From: an uncultured bacterium
GTDB taxonomy: Bacteria > Bdellovibrionota_G > JALEGL01 > DATDPG01
NCBI GenBank assembly: GCA_964397255.1
Contig: CAYNHQ010000004.1
Location: 118,363-182,362 of the forward strand
Length of the DNA stretch: 64,000 nt
Reading direction: 5' to 3'
In this document: one piece after another, positions 37,797 to 47,296 of the stretch
How positions within the stretch are numbered: the first letter of the stretch is position 1
Layout: the number at the start of each line of letters is the position of its first letter
The notes under the pieces: model-generated
What the model saw: the letters and a program-made list of their open reading frames with translations, nothing else
What the model was told of the DNA's origin: nothing
Databases searched by the model: none
Program-made: the position numbers and the translations under genes

Positions 37797-37842
37797 CACC
37801 CCATGCAAGTGCGCTACCAGGCTGCGCCACGCCCCGACTTGG
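37797..37842 (-). repeat. attR-like displaced tRNA-Pro 5'-half fragment (46 nt)
   Basis: Exact copy of 31994-32039. No tRNA 3' half follows, so this is a fragment rather than a gene. Confidence 0.85.
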
Positions 37843-37928
37843 GAAATCTTGTAATGGTTTTAACAAATTATGTCCAACAGAGCGCCCGCTTGCGAAAAGT
37901 AACGCCATGCACCATAATGCGACCGAGC

Positions 37929-40724
37929 ATGAAGCCTAAGGCGCTAATATTACTACTATTTTTATTTGCCACCCCAGGTGGTTTTGCGGCGGGGACACTT
38001 GTGGAGCTTACTCCTCCGCTTGAGCCATCTATCGAGGAAAAAATCGATCGTTTTTTTTATGATTACGCTGATGAAGATCCCTATGCCCCCGAAAAGTATG
38101 TTCCTTCCCCCCGATATGCCCCCTGGGCGATTGATCCAAGTCGATATCATTTTCGTCCCCACAGTCCGAAGTCGATTGAATTAGAAAATTTTAAGCTTCT
38201 GCTTCTCAAAGAAGGACTTCGTTACGAACAAGATCTGCGATCTTATGCGAAACAGGAATTTGTCGATTACTCAGCCCTTGTTTTCCACTCCAACCTTCTT
38301 TATTTGGTTTGGCTAGAGCGAAAATGGAGAAACACCTGCCTTTGGGGGTATCGTGCGCCAAGATTTCAAAATCCAGGTTCTTCCTGCGGGGATATTCAAT
38401 CTTCGTTAAATCAAAAGCTTCGTAGCCTGGATCGGACAGAGGCATTTCTTTCGTCGTTACAAAGTACCGCGTTCGATGATTTTTACGCAGTTCGGTTTAA
38501 TCATCAAAGCAAACCGGACACTCCGCTTCAAAAGGGCTTTGCCCGCGGGATCAATGAACTAAATGATGATCCCATTTCAGAAGCTATTTGGAAGTGGGTG
38601 AACGGTGGCAAAAAAGAAATCACCCTCACTCCTTTCGAAGCCAAATATGAATTCCGAAATGCTTCAGATGATTCCAAATCCTCCTCGAGAAACTTTTCCG
38701 CTTCCAGAAATCGGGGGGGAGGCGGGCCTCCCTTGGAAGATGTGCGCACCTGGTTTCGGAACCTTCAAAGTGTACCTTCCCCAAAAGCCATCGAGAGATT
38801 TTTGGAAGGTGGTTCTTTTAAAGTGGAAATTCAAGAGGGCTCCGCCTTTTCACGATTGAGCATGAATATACGTCGTGTACGCTATGAGGGGGTTGACTTA
38901 ACCAGAAGCGTCCCCATCAGCCTCGGTTATCAAGAGATTCAATTTGGGGGAAAAAGGATATTACAAAGCTGGCTCATTACAGATGATTGCCCAGCATTGA
39001 TTGAAACAGCGAATTTCAAGACCACCCGCACTCTGTTTCCAAGCGGATTCGACGGAACTCAGAAATTGTTCCGGCAATTGATACCCTTCAATCATCTGAT
39101 TGTTCGAGCGGCGCTTTCCGATCTTGAAAAGGTCAGCGCAGCGCAAAAAGGGATTCCAAGGGCATTCGCTGAGGTCGTGGTGTCAGTATTGAAAGATCCG
39201 AAAGTCGATTTGCAAGACGTGGTCAAAAATATTGACGTGGCCTCCAAAGAGACCGGAAACGAGGCAGTCGTCCAAGAGGGAAGATTTTTAAGTGAATGGG
39301 TGATGAATGTTCGTGAAATTGACCATCCGGAGAAGCAATTGGCCATTTTCCCCTTGAGACCATCCGGAGAACTCTTGACTCGATCTATTTATTTGCATGC
39401 TTATAAGACTCACGCCGATATTTTCGGCCCCGATCATGAAAACCTGCTTCCTCGATTGGAGTTGGGGGAGTTCAATTTGCTTTCCGCCTTAAGGAAACAG
39501 GCAAGGCATCAATTCGATGACCTGATTGCGGCCCTCACAAACGAAGGGTTCAAGCAGGCCGATCTCGGGCATTCCGTCCCCGGAATGATTCAGTTTATGG
39601 ATAGAGCGGAAATCGCTTATCCCTCTCGAGCGGTAGAGTCGATGGCCCTGCCCGAGCATGCTCATTTGAATGAGCTTATTACCAGGACGCAACATTTGAG
39701 TTCAGAGGAGCGCTCACGGGTTCGACTCTATTGTTGGAAGAAAGGAAAGGACGAGCGCCCCTACGAATACGTAGTTATTCTTTCACAGCCGCTGCGGATT
39801 GTTACCGGATTCTTTAATGAAGCCACACACACCGCCGAGCTCGCCACATTCAGCCGTGTAACAGGAACACAGTATAGCCGATTTCGTGTGGATGAGACCA
39901 AGGCGCTCGGACGATATCTTCGTAAGCAAAAAGTGCCCTCATTCTCTGATCTGCCTAAGGAGCGAGCGGATCAATATATTCAACAAGCGTCAATCTATGC
40001 GTTGGATAAATTAGTTGAGAATTTTATTGAGCGGATTCCTCTTGTCTCCATTGACTGGGATGACGATCCGGAGGATTTTGATGACGCTCTTATTCATGTT
40101 TTTATTCCCGGAGAGGTAAATATCTATCGGGATCCTAAGATGAACAGTCTCTATTGGCGGCGAATGCGATTCGATCTCACTACAATCGAAAAAATTCCGG
40201 GCCTTAAATCATTGGCGGAGTACCATACTCGAGAAGAAATTGAGAAATCTCCGGAGCTCATTGCTCTCGATGCGGATCGTCTCCTCCAGATAGGTGCGGA
40301 TCGGTACGGAGCGACCGAGATCGCGAAGTTTGTGGTTCGCACGCTAGGTGCGGAAGAGGTGCACTATATGGAGACCATGCTTGAATCACTGACGGAAGAT
40401 CATTTCAGCGAAGTGAAGGGGATAGGAAAAGTTCCTCCATTCGGTCCCTTTATTTACTCCCATTTTTACATTCCATCGGCGGGGAAGGATTCGGAGGGGA
40501 ACGTGAGAATTGTGGGAATATTTGATTATGATGCGAGAGGCGCGAACCTTCAAAAAGGAGACGCTCTTTTTCGTGTACACATTGTGGAGTGGGTGGCGGT
40601 CCGGGAGGGCGATAAGTTAATCATTGAGCGGCAGCGACTTGTGTATAGCGAGCCGAACCGCCCCCCGTCCGAACCTCACGATAATGTGGTCATCCAAATG
40701 CCCCTCGACAACATTCTCCATTAA
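37929..40724 (+). CDS. Large hypothetical secreted protein (931 aa)
   Basis: Signal peptide 'MKPKALILLLFLFATPGGFAAG'. ORF-track start 37803 is translation of the tRNA fragment. No recognised domain. Confidence 0.5.
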   Translation: MKPKALILLLFLFATPGGFAAGTLVELTPPLEPSIEEKIDRFFYDYADEDPYAPEKYVPSPRYAPWAIDPSRYHFRPHSPKSIELENFKLLLLKEGLRYEQDLRSYAKQEFVDYSALVFHSNLLYLVWLERKWRNTCLWGYRAPRFQNPGSSCGDIQSSLNQKLRSLDRTEAFLSSLQSTAFDDFYAVRFNHQSKPDTPLQKGFARGINELNDDPISEAIWKWVNGGKKEITLTPFEAKYEFRNASDDSKSSSRNFSASRNRGGGGPPLEDVRTWFRNLQSVPSPKAIERFLEGGSFKVEIQEGSAFSRLSMNIRRVRYEGVDLTRSVPISLGYQEIQFGGKRILQSWLITDDCPALIETANFKTTRTLFPSGFDGTQKLFRQLIPFNHLIVRAALSDLEKVSAAQKGIPRAFAEVVVSVLKDPKVDLQDVVKNIDVASKETGNEAVVQEGRFLSEWVMNVREIDHPEKQLAIFPLRPSGELLTRSIYLHAYKTHADIFGPDHENLLPRLELGEFNLLSALRKQARHQFDDLIAALTNEGFKQADLGHSVPGMIQFMDRAEIAYPSRAVESMALPEHAHLNELITRTQHLSSEERSRVRLYCWKKGKDERPYEYVVILSQPLRIVTGFFNEATHTAELATFSRVTGTQYSRFRVDETKALGRYLRKQKVPSFSDLPKERADQYIQQASIYALDKLVENFIERIPLVSIDWDDDPEDFDDALIHVFIPGEVNIYRDPKMNSLYWRRMRFDLTTIEKIPGLKSLAEYHTREEIEKSPELIALDADRLLQIGADRYGATEIAKFVVRTLGAEEVHYMETMLESLTEDHFSEVKGIGKVPPFGPFIYSHFYIPSAGKDSEGNVRIVGIFDYDARGANLQKGDALFRVHIVEWVAVREGDKLIIERQRLVYSEPNRPPSEPHDNVVIQMPLDNILH

Positions 40725-40738
40725 CCGCCGCCAAATCC

Positions 40739-41299
40739 CTACCGACAGTTGTTGACTGGGGGCATGACTCTCGTGGGATGATATTTTCCATTCGCGTCCT
40801 TCCAATTCCCAGTCCAAACCCAACCGACAATATCACCGTCTCCCACTATTTGTTTGTCAATTCCCCAGTCCGCGTACGTCCACTCACTCGAGCCTGGCTT
40901 TAGCAAATAAAATGACCAGTAATATGCCATCTTGTCCTTCGTATGACAGAAATCAAAAGGTACTTCAGGGGGCATGCCGGACTTTGACGGTGGCGGGAGT
41001 GGCGGCACTCCAAGCATCCGACAAACGGCCGTTCCCAATGATTTCTTGGTTAAGACGAGCTGAAGTTTCTGCGAAATGGAATTCATTACATCGAGGATGG
41101 CTGGACCGGATCCATCGGCTTGAGCGACAAAGGTAGAGAATTTATTGTCGTCCGTGAATACAACGAATCCCACTTGCACTCCCGGCTCACGCTGAGATTG
41201 ATCTGCGAATGAATGAATGAATGGACAAACGTCCGCGCAAAATGCAGTTGGGACAACCACGATGGTTCCCAAAAAGAATGCGAATTGAAACATTTTCAT
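40739..41299 (-). CDS. Hypothetical secreted protein (186 aa)
   Basis: Signal peptide. Cys- and Trp-rich. Confidence 0.4.
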   Translation of the reverse strand: MKMFQFAFFLGTIVVVPTAFCADVCPFIHSFADQSQREPGVQVGFVVFTDDNKFSTFVAQADGSGPAILDVMNSISQKLQLVLTKKSLGTAVCRMLGVPPLPPPSKSGMPPEVPFDFCHTKDKMAYYWSFYLLKPGSSEWTYADWGIDKQIVGDGDIVGWVWTGNWKDANGKYHPTRVMPPVNNCR

Positions 41300-42462
41300 T
41301 TGGATACGACCTCCTCCGGGTATTCATGTAGAAACGCCACACTGTCGAGTGCTGCAGGCGGCATGTTTGTGGCTTTTTCTGGATCCGACGGAACCCCAAG
41401 TAGGTCGCTTATCCGGACATACTTCACCTTATCCATTCGTACATCTGCTAAGTCGAACTTGTCACCACCCGCCACGCCCTCAGGTGACTGACGAGCTGGA
41501 CGCGCGGGAATGTTTCCTGCACATTTGTTTTTATCTGTGAGGCAGGGAAACGACACGTAATGCCGATTGTCAGTGGAAACTTCAACGAGGAGAGGTCGAC
41601 CTCCTTTATGTTCTTTATCAATTACGGCAAAGATCACAAAATCGTTTTTGTCCATATTTCGCAATTCGCCCTGCATTCGAAATGTCACATATCCATGGCT
41701 TCCAAGATCCACGAGGTGGGGCTCTTCGTTTTTCTTGCCATCTTCATCTTTGGCATCCTCAAAATATGAAGGGCGCTTTTTCAGATATTGAAGAATGGTT
41801 TCCCGTGAGAGCTTTTCGGGGGCGCCCGGTCCAATCTTGAAGTCCTCAATCTCAAATGACCACTTATCGAGAGGCTTTGGCTCGACATTTTCTGTTTGCG
41901 ACTCCGCTTTCTTTGGTGCGACGACTGAACGCCGGGTGTAATTACCGGCATCCATTGGTCCTCGCCATGCCAATACTTGATCTAATTGTGTTGCAGGCTT
42001 TTGAATTTCTTTGCGTTTAGGGATCACTCCTAAATTGCCCCAAATCGGCGGGATTCGAAAATCAGGTTCCATCGATCCGTAGAGTGCCGCCTCATTTACT
42101 GGCGTATTTGAACGGCCCTGAATGATCGAACGCGAAGGCGAATGACTGACTCCAGAAATGGGCTCGTATCTTTCGTAGACAGAGGAATCAGGTGAGTTAG
42201 GTAAAGAAGCCCTCTTTGTACTCGGAGAAGTTTGGGCAAAGGAACGTGAAGTGGGATTCGCTGGCACATCATCCAAAATACTTTTCTGAATTAGTTTTCG
42301 GGGAGGAGAGAAGACTCGGCTGAACGGGTCATCAGTGGCCAATGAATCGGCGGCGAATTTGCCCCAAAGGGAAACCAAAGAAATAGGGAGGAGAATCCAG
42401 GCCCATTTCCAATTCGATTTCTTTTTGTGCGCGACGCGCACGTGAAACGTTTTTCGAGACAC
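41296..42462 (-). CDS. Hypothetical membrane-anchored protein (388 aa)
   Basis: N-terminal TM 'WAWILLPISLVSLWG' followed by a Pro-rich region. Confidence 0.4.
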   Translation of the reverse strand: MSRKTFHVRVAHKKKSNWKWAWILLPISLVSLWGKFAADSLATDDPFSRVFSPPRKLIQKSILDDVPANPTSRSFAQTSPSTKRASLPNSPDSSVYERYEPISGVSHSPSRSIIQGRSNTPVNEAALYGSMEPDFRIPPIWGNLGVIPKRKEIQKPATQLDQVLAWRGPMDAGNYTRRSVVAPKKAESQTENVEPKPLDKWSFEIEDFKIGPGAPEKLSRETILQYLKKRPSYFEDAKDEDGKKNEEPHLVDLGSHGYVTFRMQGELRNMDKNDFVIFAVIDKEHKGGRPLLVEVSTDNRHYVSFPCLTDKNKCAGNIPARPARQSPEGVAGGDKFDLADVRMDKVKYVRISDLLGVPSDPEKATNMPPAALDSVAFLHEYPEEVVSK

Positions 42463-42852
42463 TCGCGCCTCTCCTCGAAGGTGAGTTTTTTTGCATTGGG
42501 CAGGTCTCCTGGCTTGCGCTTTATTCCGACCCTTCCCACATTCCTGGCGAACGCAGTGGGTATCGAAATCTTCATTAGCGCTGACAGTGGCGGGACCGCT
42601 TCGGTATCACACCGAATTCCCTTTTAAGCCACCTTGGCACCCAAACGCCGTTGTGCATTCGATAACATGAGTGGCCTTGGAAGTCCCGATTTCTCACAAG
42701 AATGTGAGAAAAGTTGCACAGAGATGAAAACTTTTCTTCCTCTGCCGAAATTCTCCGATCGTAAGTGCCCAATATAATGAGAGAAAATTTCTGGCATCTC
42801 TGTTGCTACATTATAGAAGGGCCCCGCCAAATTTGGCTTAACTTTCGGAGGT

Positions 42853-43842
42853 TTGGGTTTCATGAGCTCTTCAGCTTCATCCGTCGTCACGGAAATGTTC
42901 TCCCGAACGGGATCATTTCGTACGATTCGCGTCGGGCCATCTTCTGCGACCGTGGCCGTAGTTTGTGTCATTGCTCTGGCATTTTTCTCCGTCGTGGATT
43001 TCCGTGAAATTGGTCTCATCCGAAAGCAGCAAGATATTTCCGAACAAAACGCTGTTCTCAAGAAGCAACAGGAGGAATTTTCCGCATGGCTTGGCCAAAA
43101 GGAAGAAGACCTCAATCGATTTCTTTTAGTCACGGGCGAAGAGTCCGTTGACAACGCTGTTCCCGCACCAAAGGAAACCGTGGGCACCATCAATGAGTTG
43201 CAAGAAAAGTTGGAACGAATCGAATCCAAATTTCAGCAGCTCGCGGAATTCCAAGCCGGCGAGGAAGACACATTCTGGTACGTCCCGACCATTTCTCCCG
43301 TGGCATTAAGTGAAAAATTTATGATTGCCTCCGCACCGTTGGTCGCTGAAGGAGCGAAGGTGGGGCTTTCCGGCCTTTCTTCCACCTATGGAATGCGGAT
43401 TCATCCGATCAAGAAAGTGGAACAAATGCATTATGGCGTCGATATCTTCTGTCCGCAGGGAACCGAAGTCAAAGCGACGGCAAATGGCCAAGTTCTCTTT
43501 TCAGAAAGTTATAAGGCGGACGAAGACAATCTTCGACATTCGTTCGGCCAATTTGTCCTCATTCGTCATGGCGACAGTGGAATCGAAACTCTCTACGCCC
43601 ATCTCTCACGCGTCTTGGTGGTCAAAGGGCAACTTGTGAAAAGAGGAGATCCGATCGGTTATACCGGGCAGACGGGGATCAGCACTGCGCCGCATCTCCA
43701 TTATGAGGTGGTACGTAATGGCATCAAAGTAGATCCCCTCAATTACATTCATGATGTGCCTCTCGTGGAACGAGGAAAGAAAGTTTTTTATGCTCGCACC
43801 GACAAGGTTACAAAGCGCGCACGAGCCAGGAGTCGATCATGA
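42853..43842 (+). CDS. M23-family (LytM/EnvC-like) peptidoglycan endopeptidase
   Basis: N-terminal TM helix and coiled coil. The C-terminal M23 motifs 'HYGVDI' and 'GYTGQTGISTAPHLHYEV' are present. Confidence 0.8.
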   Translation: MGFMSSSASSVVTEMFSRTGSFRTIRVGPSSATVAVVCVIALAFFSVVDFREIGLIRKQQDISEQNAVLKKQQEEFSAWLGQKEEDLNRFLLVTGEESVDNAVPAPKETVGTINELQEKLERIESKFQQLAEFQAGEEDTFWYVPTISPVALSEKFMIASAPLVAEGAKVGLSGLSSTYGMRIHPIKKVEQMHYGVDIFCPQGTEVKATANGQVLFSESYKADEDNLRHSFGQFVLIRHGDSGIETLYAHLSRVLVVKGQLVKRGDPIGYTGQTGISTAPHLHYEVVRNGIKVDPLNYIHDVPLVERGKKVFYARTDKVTKRARARSRS

Positions 43843-44435
43843 TTCCTGTAGCGTTCAGCATCAATTATCCGGCGGCAGCCTGCCTGTTTATTTTGGCATG
43901 CATGGGGATCTACCATTTGATCATGGCTCGCAAAGAGGAATTTGATACGACCATCCTGCCTTCATCCTTAAATATTCAGGATGGAGGTCAGCCGATGTCA
44001 ATTTGGACGGATAAAGACATTGCCGTGAACTGTCCGTTAACGCTGGATCAACTTCATTGCCGAACACTCACGATAGGGTCGAAGGGAATCCTTCAGGTCC
44101 GGGAAGTCGTCGCAGAAAAAATCCTGAATCATGGAATCTTGCATGTGGCGGGCAGGATTGAAGCGAAGGATGAAATTACGATTACACAGAAAGTTCAGGC
44201 GCTTCAGCTGGACAGCCCTCGATTGATCCTCAAGAAACGGGCGGAAGCTTATATTCAGGTGGTTTCGCGCGGAACACATGTGATACGCAGCCGAAAGGCC
44301 CACACACGCGGTTTCTATCATTCGTTCGAGGAGTTCGAGAAGGCCCAGCGGGCTACGCCGCCGACGGATGCCGCCTCGCTTGAGCGTCGTCAACGTGTAC
44401 TGGCCGCTACCAAAGTCCGCATGGTGCGGAGTTAA
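43839..44435 (+). CDS. Hypothetical protein, possibly bactofilin-like
   Basis: N-terminal TM helix. The central 'IGSKGILQVREVVAEKILNHGILHVAGRIEAKDEITI' resembles bactofilin beta-helix repeats. Weak. Confidence 0.3.
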   Translation: MIPVAFSINYPAAACLFILACMGIYHLIMARKEEFDTTILPSSLNIQDGGQPMSIWTDKDIAVNCPLTLDQLHCRTLTIGSKGILQVREVVAEKILNHGILHVAGRIEAKDEITITQKVQALQLDSPRLILKKRAEAYIQVVSRGTHVIRSRKAHTRGFYHSFEEFEKAQRATPPTDAASLERRQRVLAATKVRMVRS

Positions 44436-44450
44436 AATTGAAAACAAAAA

Positions 44451-44480
44451 AGCCCGAGGGATTTCTCCCACGGGCTTTTT
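44451..44480. terminator. Bidirectional rho-independent terminator
   Basis: GCCCGAGGG-ATTTCT-CCCACGGGC hairpin flanked by an A-run upstream and a T-run downstream. It lies between convergent genes. Confidence 0.6.
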
Positions 44481-44500
44481 GAAGAAAATTCCTAAAAAAA

Positions 44501-44779
44501 TTAGAGGCTCTTCTTCACTTCCGGCGAAGGACGGAAACCGATCGTCTTCGACGCGGCGATATTGATCACTGCGCCAGTCTGCGGATTACGTCCCTTGCGG
44601 GCCTTCCGTGTACGAACGGTCCAAGTGCCGAAGCCAGGATAGGTGAAGCGTTTGTCCTTCTTAATGCCCTTCGTGAGGTTGTCGAACATCGCGTCGCATA
44701 CCTCATTGATCGCTGCCTTTGAAAGGTCGCGATGCTTGCAGGTGCTATATACTTTTTCTACCAGTTCTGCCTTTGTCAT
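44501..44779 (-). CDS. HU/IHF-family DNA-binding protein
   Basis: 92 aa 'MTKAELVEKV...FGTWTVRTRKARKGRNPQTGAVINIAASKTIGFRPS'. Confidence 0.85.
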   Translation of the reverse strand: MTKAELVEKVYSTCKHRDLSKAAINEVCDAMFDNLTKGIKKDKRFTYPGFGTWTVRTRKARKGRNPQTGAVINIAASKTIGFRPSPEVKKSL

Positions 44780-45000
44780 GTGTCTTCTCTCCTAACCCGT
44801 TACGGATTGTTGATGATTATTTAAAAAACATTTACTGACTGCCGCTCCGATAACAAGTGCGCGGAGCAATGTCAACACAAAAGAATGTCGCTGATCCACA
44901 TGCGATGCGAATTTCCGAGTCGTGCCTCGCAAAGGTCGACTATATAAACGTTGCGAAGCGCGTCTCTGCAATCCTGATGCCAAGCGGATTTTCGGAATAT

Positions 45001-47268
45001 TTATGTCTTCGGCGCGGGGACCAAATCGGAAAGGTGAAGCGTTCGATTCTCCAACATCTTCGCATAGAACGAAAAGTTCCTCGAAATCGCTTTCACATAA
45101 TTCCGTGTTTCTTCAAATGGAATGAACTCGATAAATGCTTCAGGAGGCAACTCTTTCCACCGAGCGATCCAGGCATCGACATGATTGGTTCCGGCATTGT
45201 AGGCCGCGAGAGCTAGGATGATGTTTCCTGAATAATGCTTCACGAGACTTCCAAGGTAGTGCGCGCCAAATTTAATGTTACGGGGGCCCACCGCAAGTAC
45301 ACTTCGATCGTACGATGGTTCATTTAGTTCTCTAGCCGCCAATTTCGCCGTATCTGGCATGAGCTGCATCAGTCCTACGGCTCCCGTGCGGCTCTCGGCA
45401 TCTTCACGAAACGCGCTTTCCTGCTTTATTAACGCGTAGATAAGAAGGGGATCGATTCCGTTGGCGGCGGCCTCCGCGCGAACGATGGGTTCCATTGGCC
45501 GGGGAAATAAAATTTCGAGGATGCGCCTCGAAACCGCGCCATTCGGATCGGGCGTAGCCAGTATGGCTCCAAGCGGAAAGGCCGACGAATAACTTCCGGA
45601 ATAGGCAAACAGCGTCGCGACATATTCCTGAGCCCCCGGATCAGGATCGAGATCGATTTCCTTCACCACCGCAGCGGCTGCAAAGGGAACTCCCGCGCTC
45701 AAAAAGGCCCTCGCACGATCAAACCGAAAGACATTCCACGGGTTACGGGGGGAATAATCCTTAATTGGGCCTGGGTCATAAAGAGAAGGAAGCCGGTCTG
45801 CCAAAAAAGAATAGAAAGAGAGGGGGGCCACTTTTGGAATCGAATCGAGATAACGTTTCGCCTCGGCCGAATTCCCCATTCGCTCATGAACCTTGGCTAG
45901 CCAGTAGAGATCCTGGGTGATGAGCGTGGTGTCTTGCACCTTGGCCCGGTCTGCTTCAAGCCACTCTTTTGCTTTCTTATCGTCATTGAGAACATAGGAG
46001 AGCCAGCCCACTTTGAAATGACATCGATCATAGAAATTGCTTCCCGAATGTTCATTCACCACTTTTTCAAAGTAAGCCCGGGCATCTTTCCAGGCCCCAC
46101 GATTTTCTGCGATGCGGCCAAGAAAATAATAAACATTCCCCGCTTGCGGATAAGTGGGGGAAGTTTCAATAATGTGTTCAAAAAGCTCTTGCGCCGGTTT
46201 GTCATGTTCATCCTCCCAAATGCTTCGCGCGAGAGAATAAAGGAAGTCAGGGGGGAGGCGCTTGGCATTCTTAACAAAATAAGCAGGGGGCCGGGGCTGA
46301 GCGAAATAAGATGTGGCCACTGTGCGAAGACGTGCGGCAGCTTTTCGAGCGGCAATGGAACCCGAATAATCCCGTTGAATTTTGACCAATAGCTCGATCG
46401 CCTCTTTGCTTTCTTTTCGATTCAATAGACGAACGGCGGTGGAAAATAGGGCGTCCTCTTCCGGCTCACGGGGTTTTAGCTCCGGAACCTCGGGTTTATA
46501 TGAAGGGCGACGGCTGGGGGGCGGCAGCGGGGGAAGGCCGCTCTCAAGAGAGGAAAGCTCTCGATTTCGAGGAAAGGAGTCTCTCGTTTTCTCCCAAAGT
46601 GCACGAGCTTCTTCCAGTTGGTTATCCCGTTTTAAGATTCCAATGAGTGTCGTCTGAAGAAACTCACGGTCGGCCGACTCGAGGTCATTTCCATCTTTCA
46701 GGAGCATGAATATGAGGTTTCTTGTTTCGGAGGGCCGCTTCAATGCCGTCAAACCCCGGATGTAACAGAGGGTGGCCTTTCGATATTCGCCGGTTTGCAG
46801 GTCACGAAAGACGGAAGAAGGAAAATCCAGCAGCTCATGAAGATGATCGCGAGCCTCGCGGCAAGGGATCGTCGCTCCCGCCGATTGATTTGCTTTTATG
46901 GCTCCCTCGCCCGTTAATCGGAGAGCCTGTGACCGATAGAAGAGCGCAGCGTCGGAGAGAAGGCTGGTGGCAGGTAGACCGGCAAGAATCGCCGCGGCGG
47001 TTCCAAAATGTTGGCGCTCTAATTCGATCAGGCCCTGCGCCAACAAAATCTCATCTTTTCGCGGCGGGGTGATGTTGGAAGCCTTCATTTCCGATTCAAG
47101 CCAGGCCGAAATCGGCGCGATCGTCGCCTCGGGTTGAGGTTTTGTGAGGTCGACCGTCAGAAATTTTGAAGTTCCCACTTCGGAAAAAAATGTGGGTATA
47201 GGAGGGGCTTGATCCGGTACCGACGATGCCGCTACGAGTAATGATAAAGAGACAATTCTTGAGATCAT
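45001..47268 (-). CDS. Soluble lytic murein transglycosylase (Slt family)
   Basis: Signal peptide. The long superhelical N-terminus precedes a C-terminal SLT catalytic motif '...ESAFREDAESRTGAVGLMQLMPDTA...AYNAG'. Confidence 0.8.
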   Translation of the reverse strand: MISRIVSLSLLVAASSVPDQAPPIPTFFSEVGTSKFLTVDLTKPQPEATIAPISAWLESEMKASNITPPRKDEILLAQGLIELERQHFGTAAAILAGLPATSLLSDAALFYRSQALRLTGEGAIKANQSAGATIPCREARDHLHELLDFPSSVFRDLQTGEYRKATLCYIRGLTALKRPSETRNLIFMLLKDGNDLESADREFLQTTLIGILKRDNQLEEARALWEKTRDSFPRNRELSSLESGLPPLPPPSRRPSYKPEVPELKPREPEEDALFSTAVRLLNRKESKEAIELLVKIQRDYSGSIAARKAAARLRTVATSYFAQPRPPAYFVKNAKRLPPDFLYSLARSIWEDEHDKPAQELFEHIIETSPTYPQAGNVYYFLGRIAENRGAWKDARAYFEKVVNEHSGSNFYDRCHFKVGWLSYVLNDDKKAKEWLEADRAKVQDTTLITQDLYWLAKVHERMGNSAEAKRYLDSIPKVAPLSFYSFLADRLPSLYDPGPIKDYSPRNPWNVFRFDRARAFLSAGVPFAAAAVVKEIDLDPDPGAQEYVATLFAYSGSYSSAFPLGAILATPDPNGAVSRRILEILFPRPMEPIVRAEAAANGIDPLLIYALIKQESAFREDAESRTGAVGLMQLMPDTAKLAARELNEPSYDRSVLAVGPRNIKFGAHYLGSLVKHYSGNIILALAAYNAGTNHVDAWIARWKELPPEAFIEFIPFEETRNYVKAISRNFSFYAKMLENRTLHLSDLVPAPKT

Positions 47269-47296
47269 TAGAGAGACAGGTTACACAATTAAGAAA

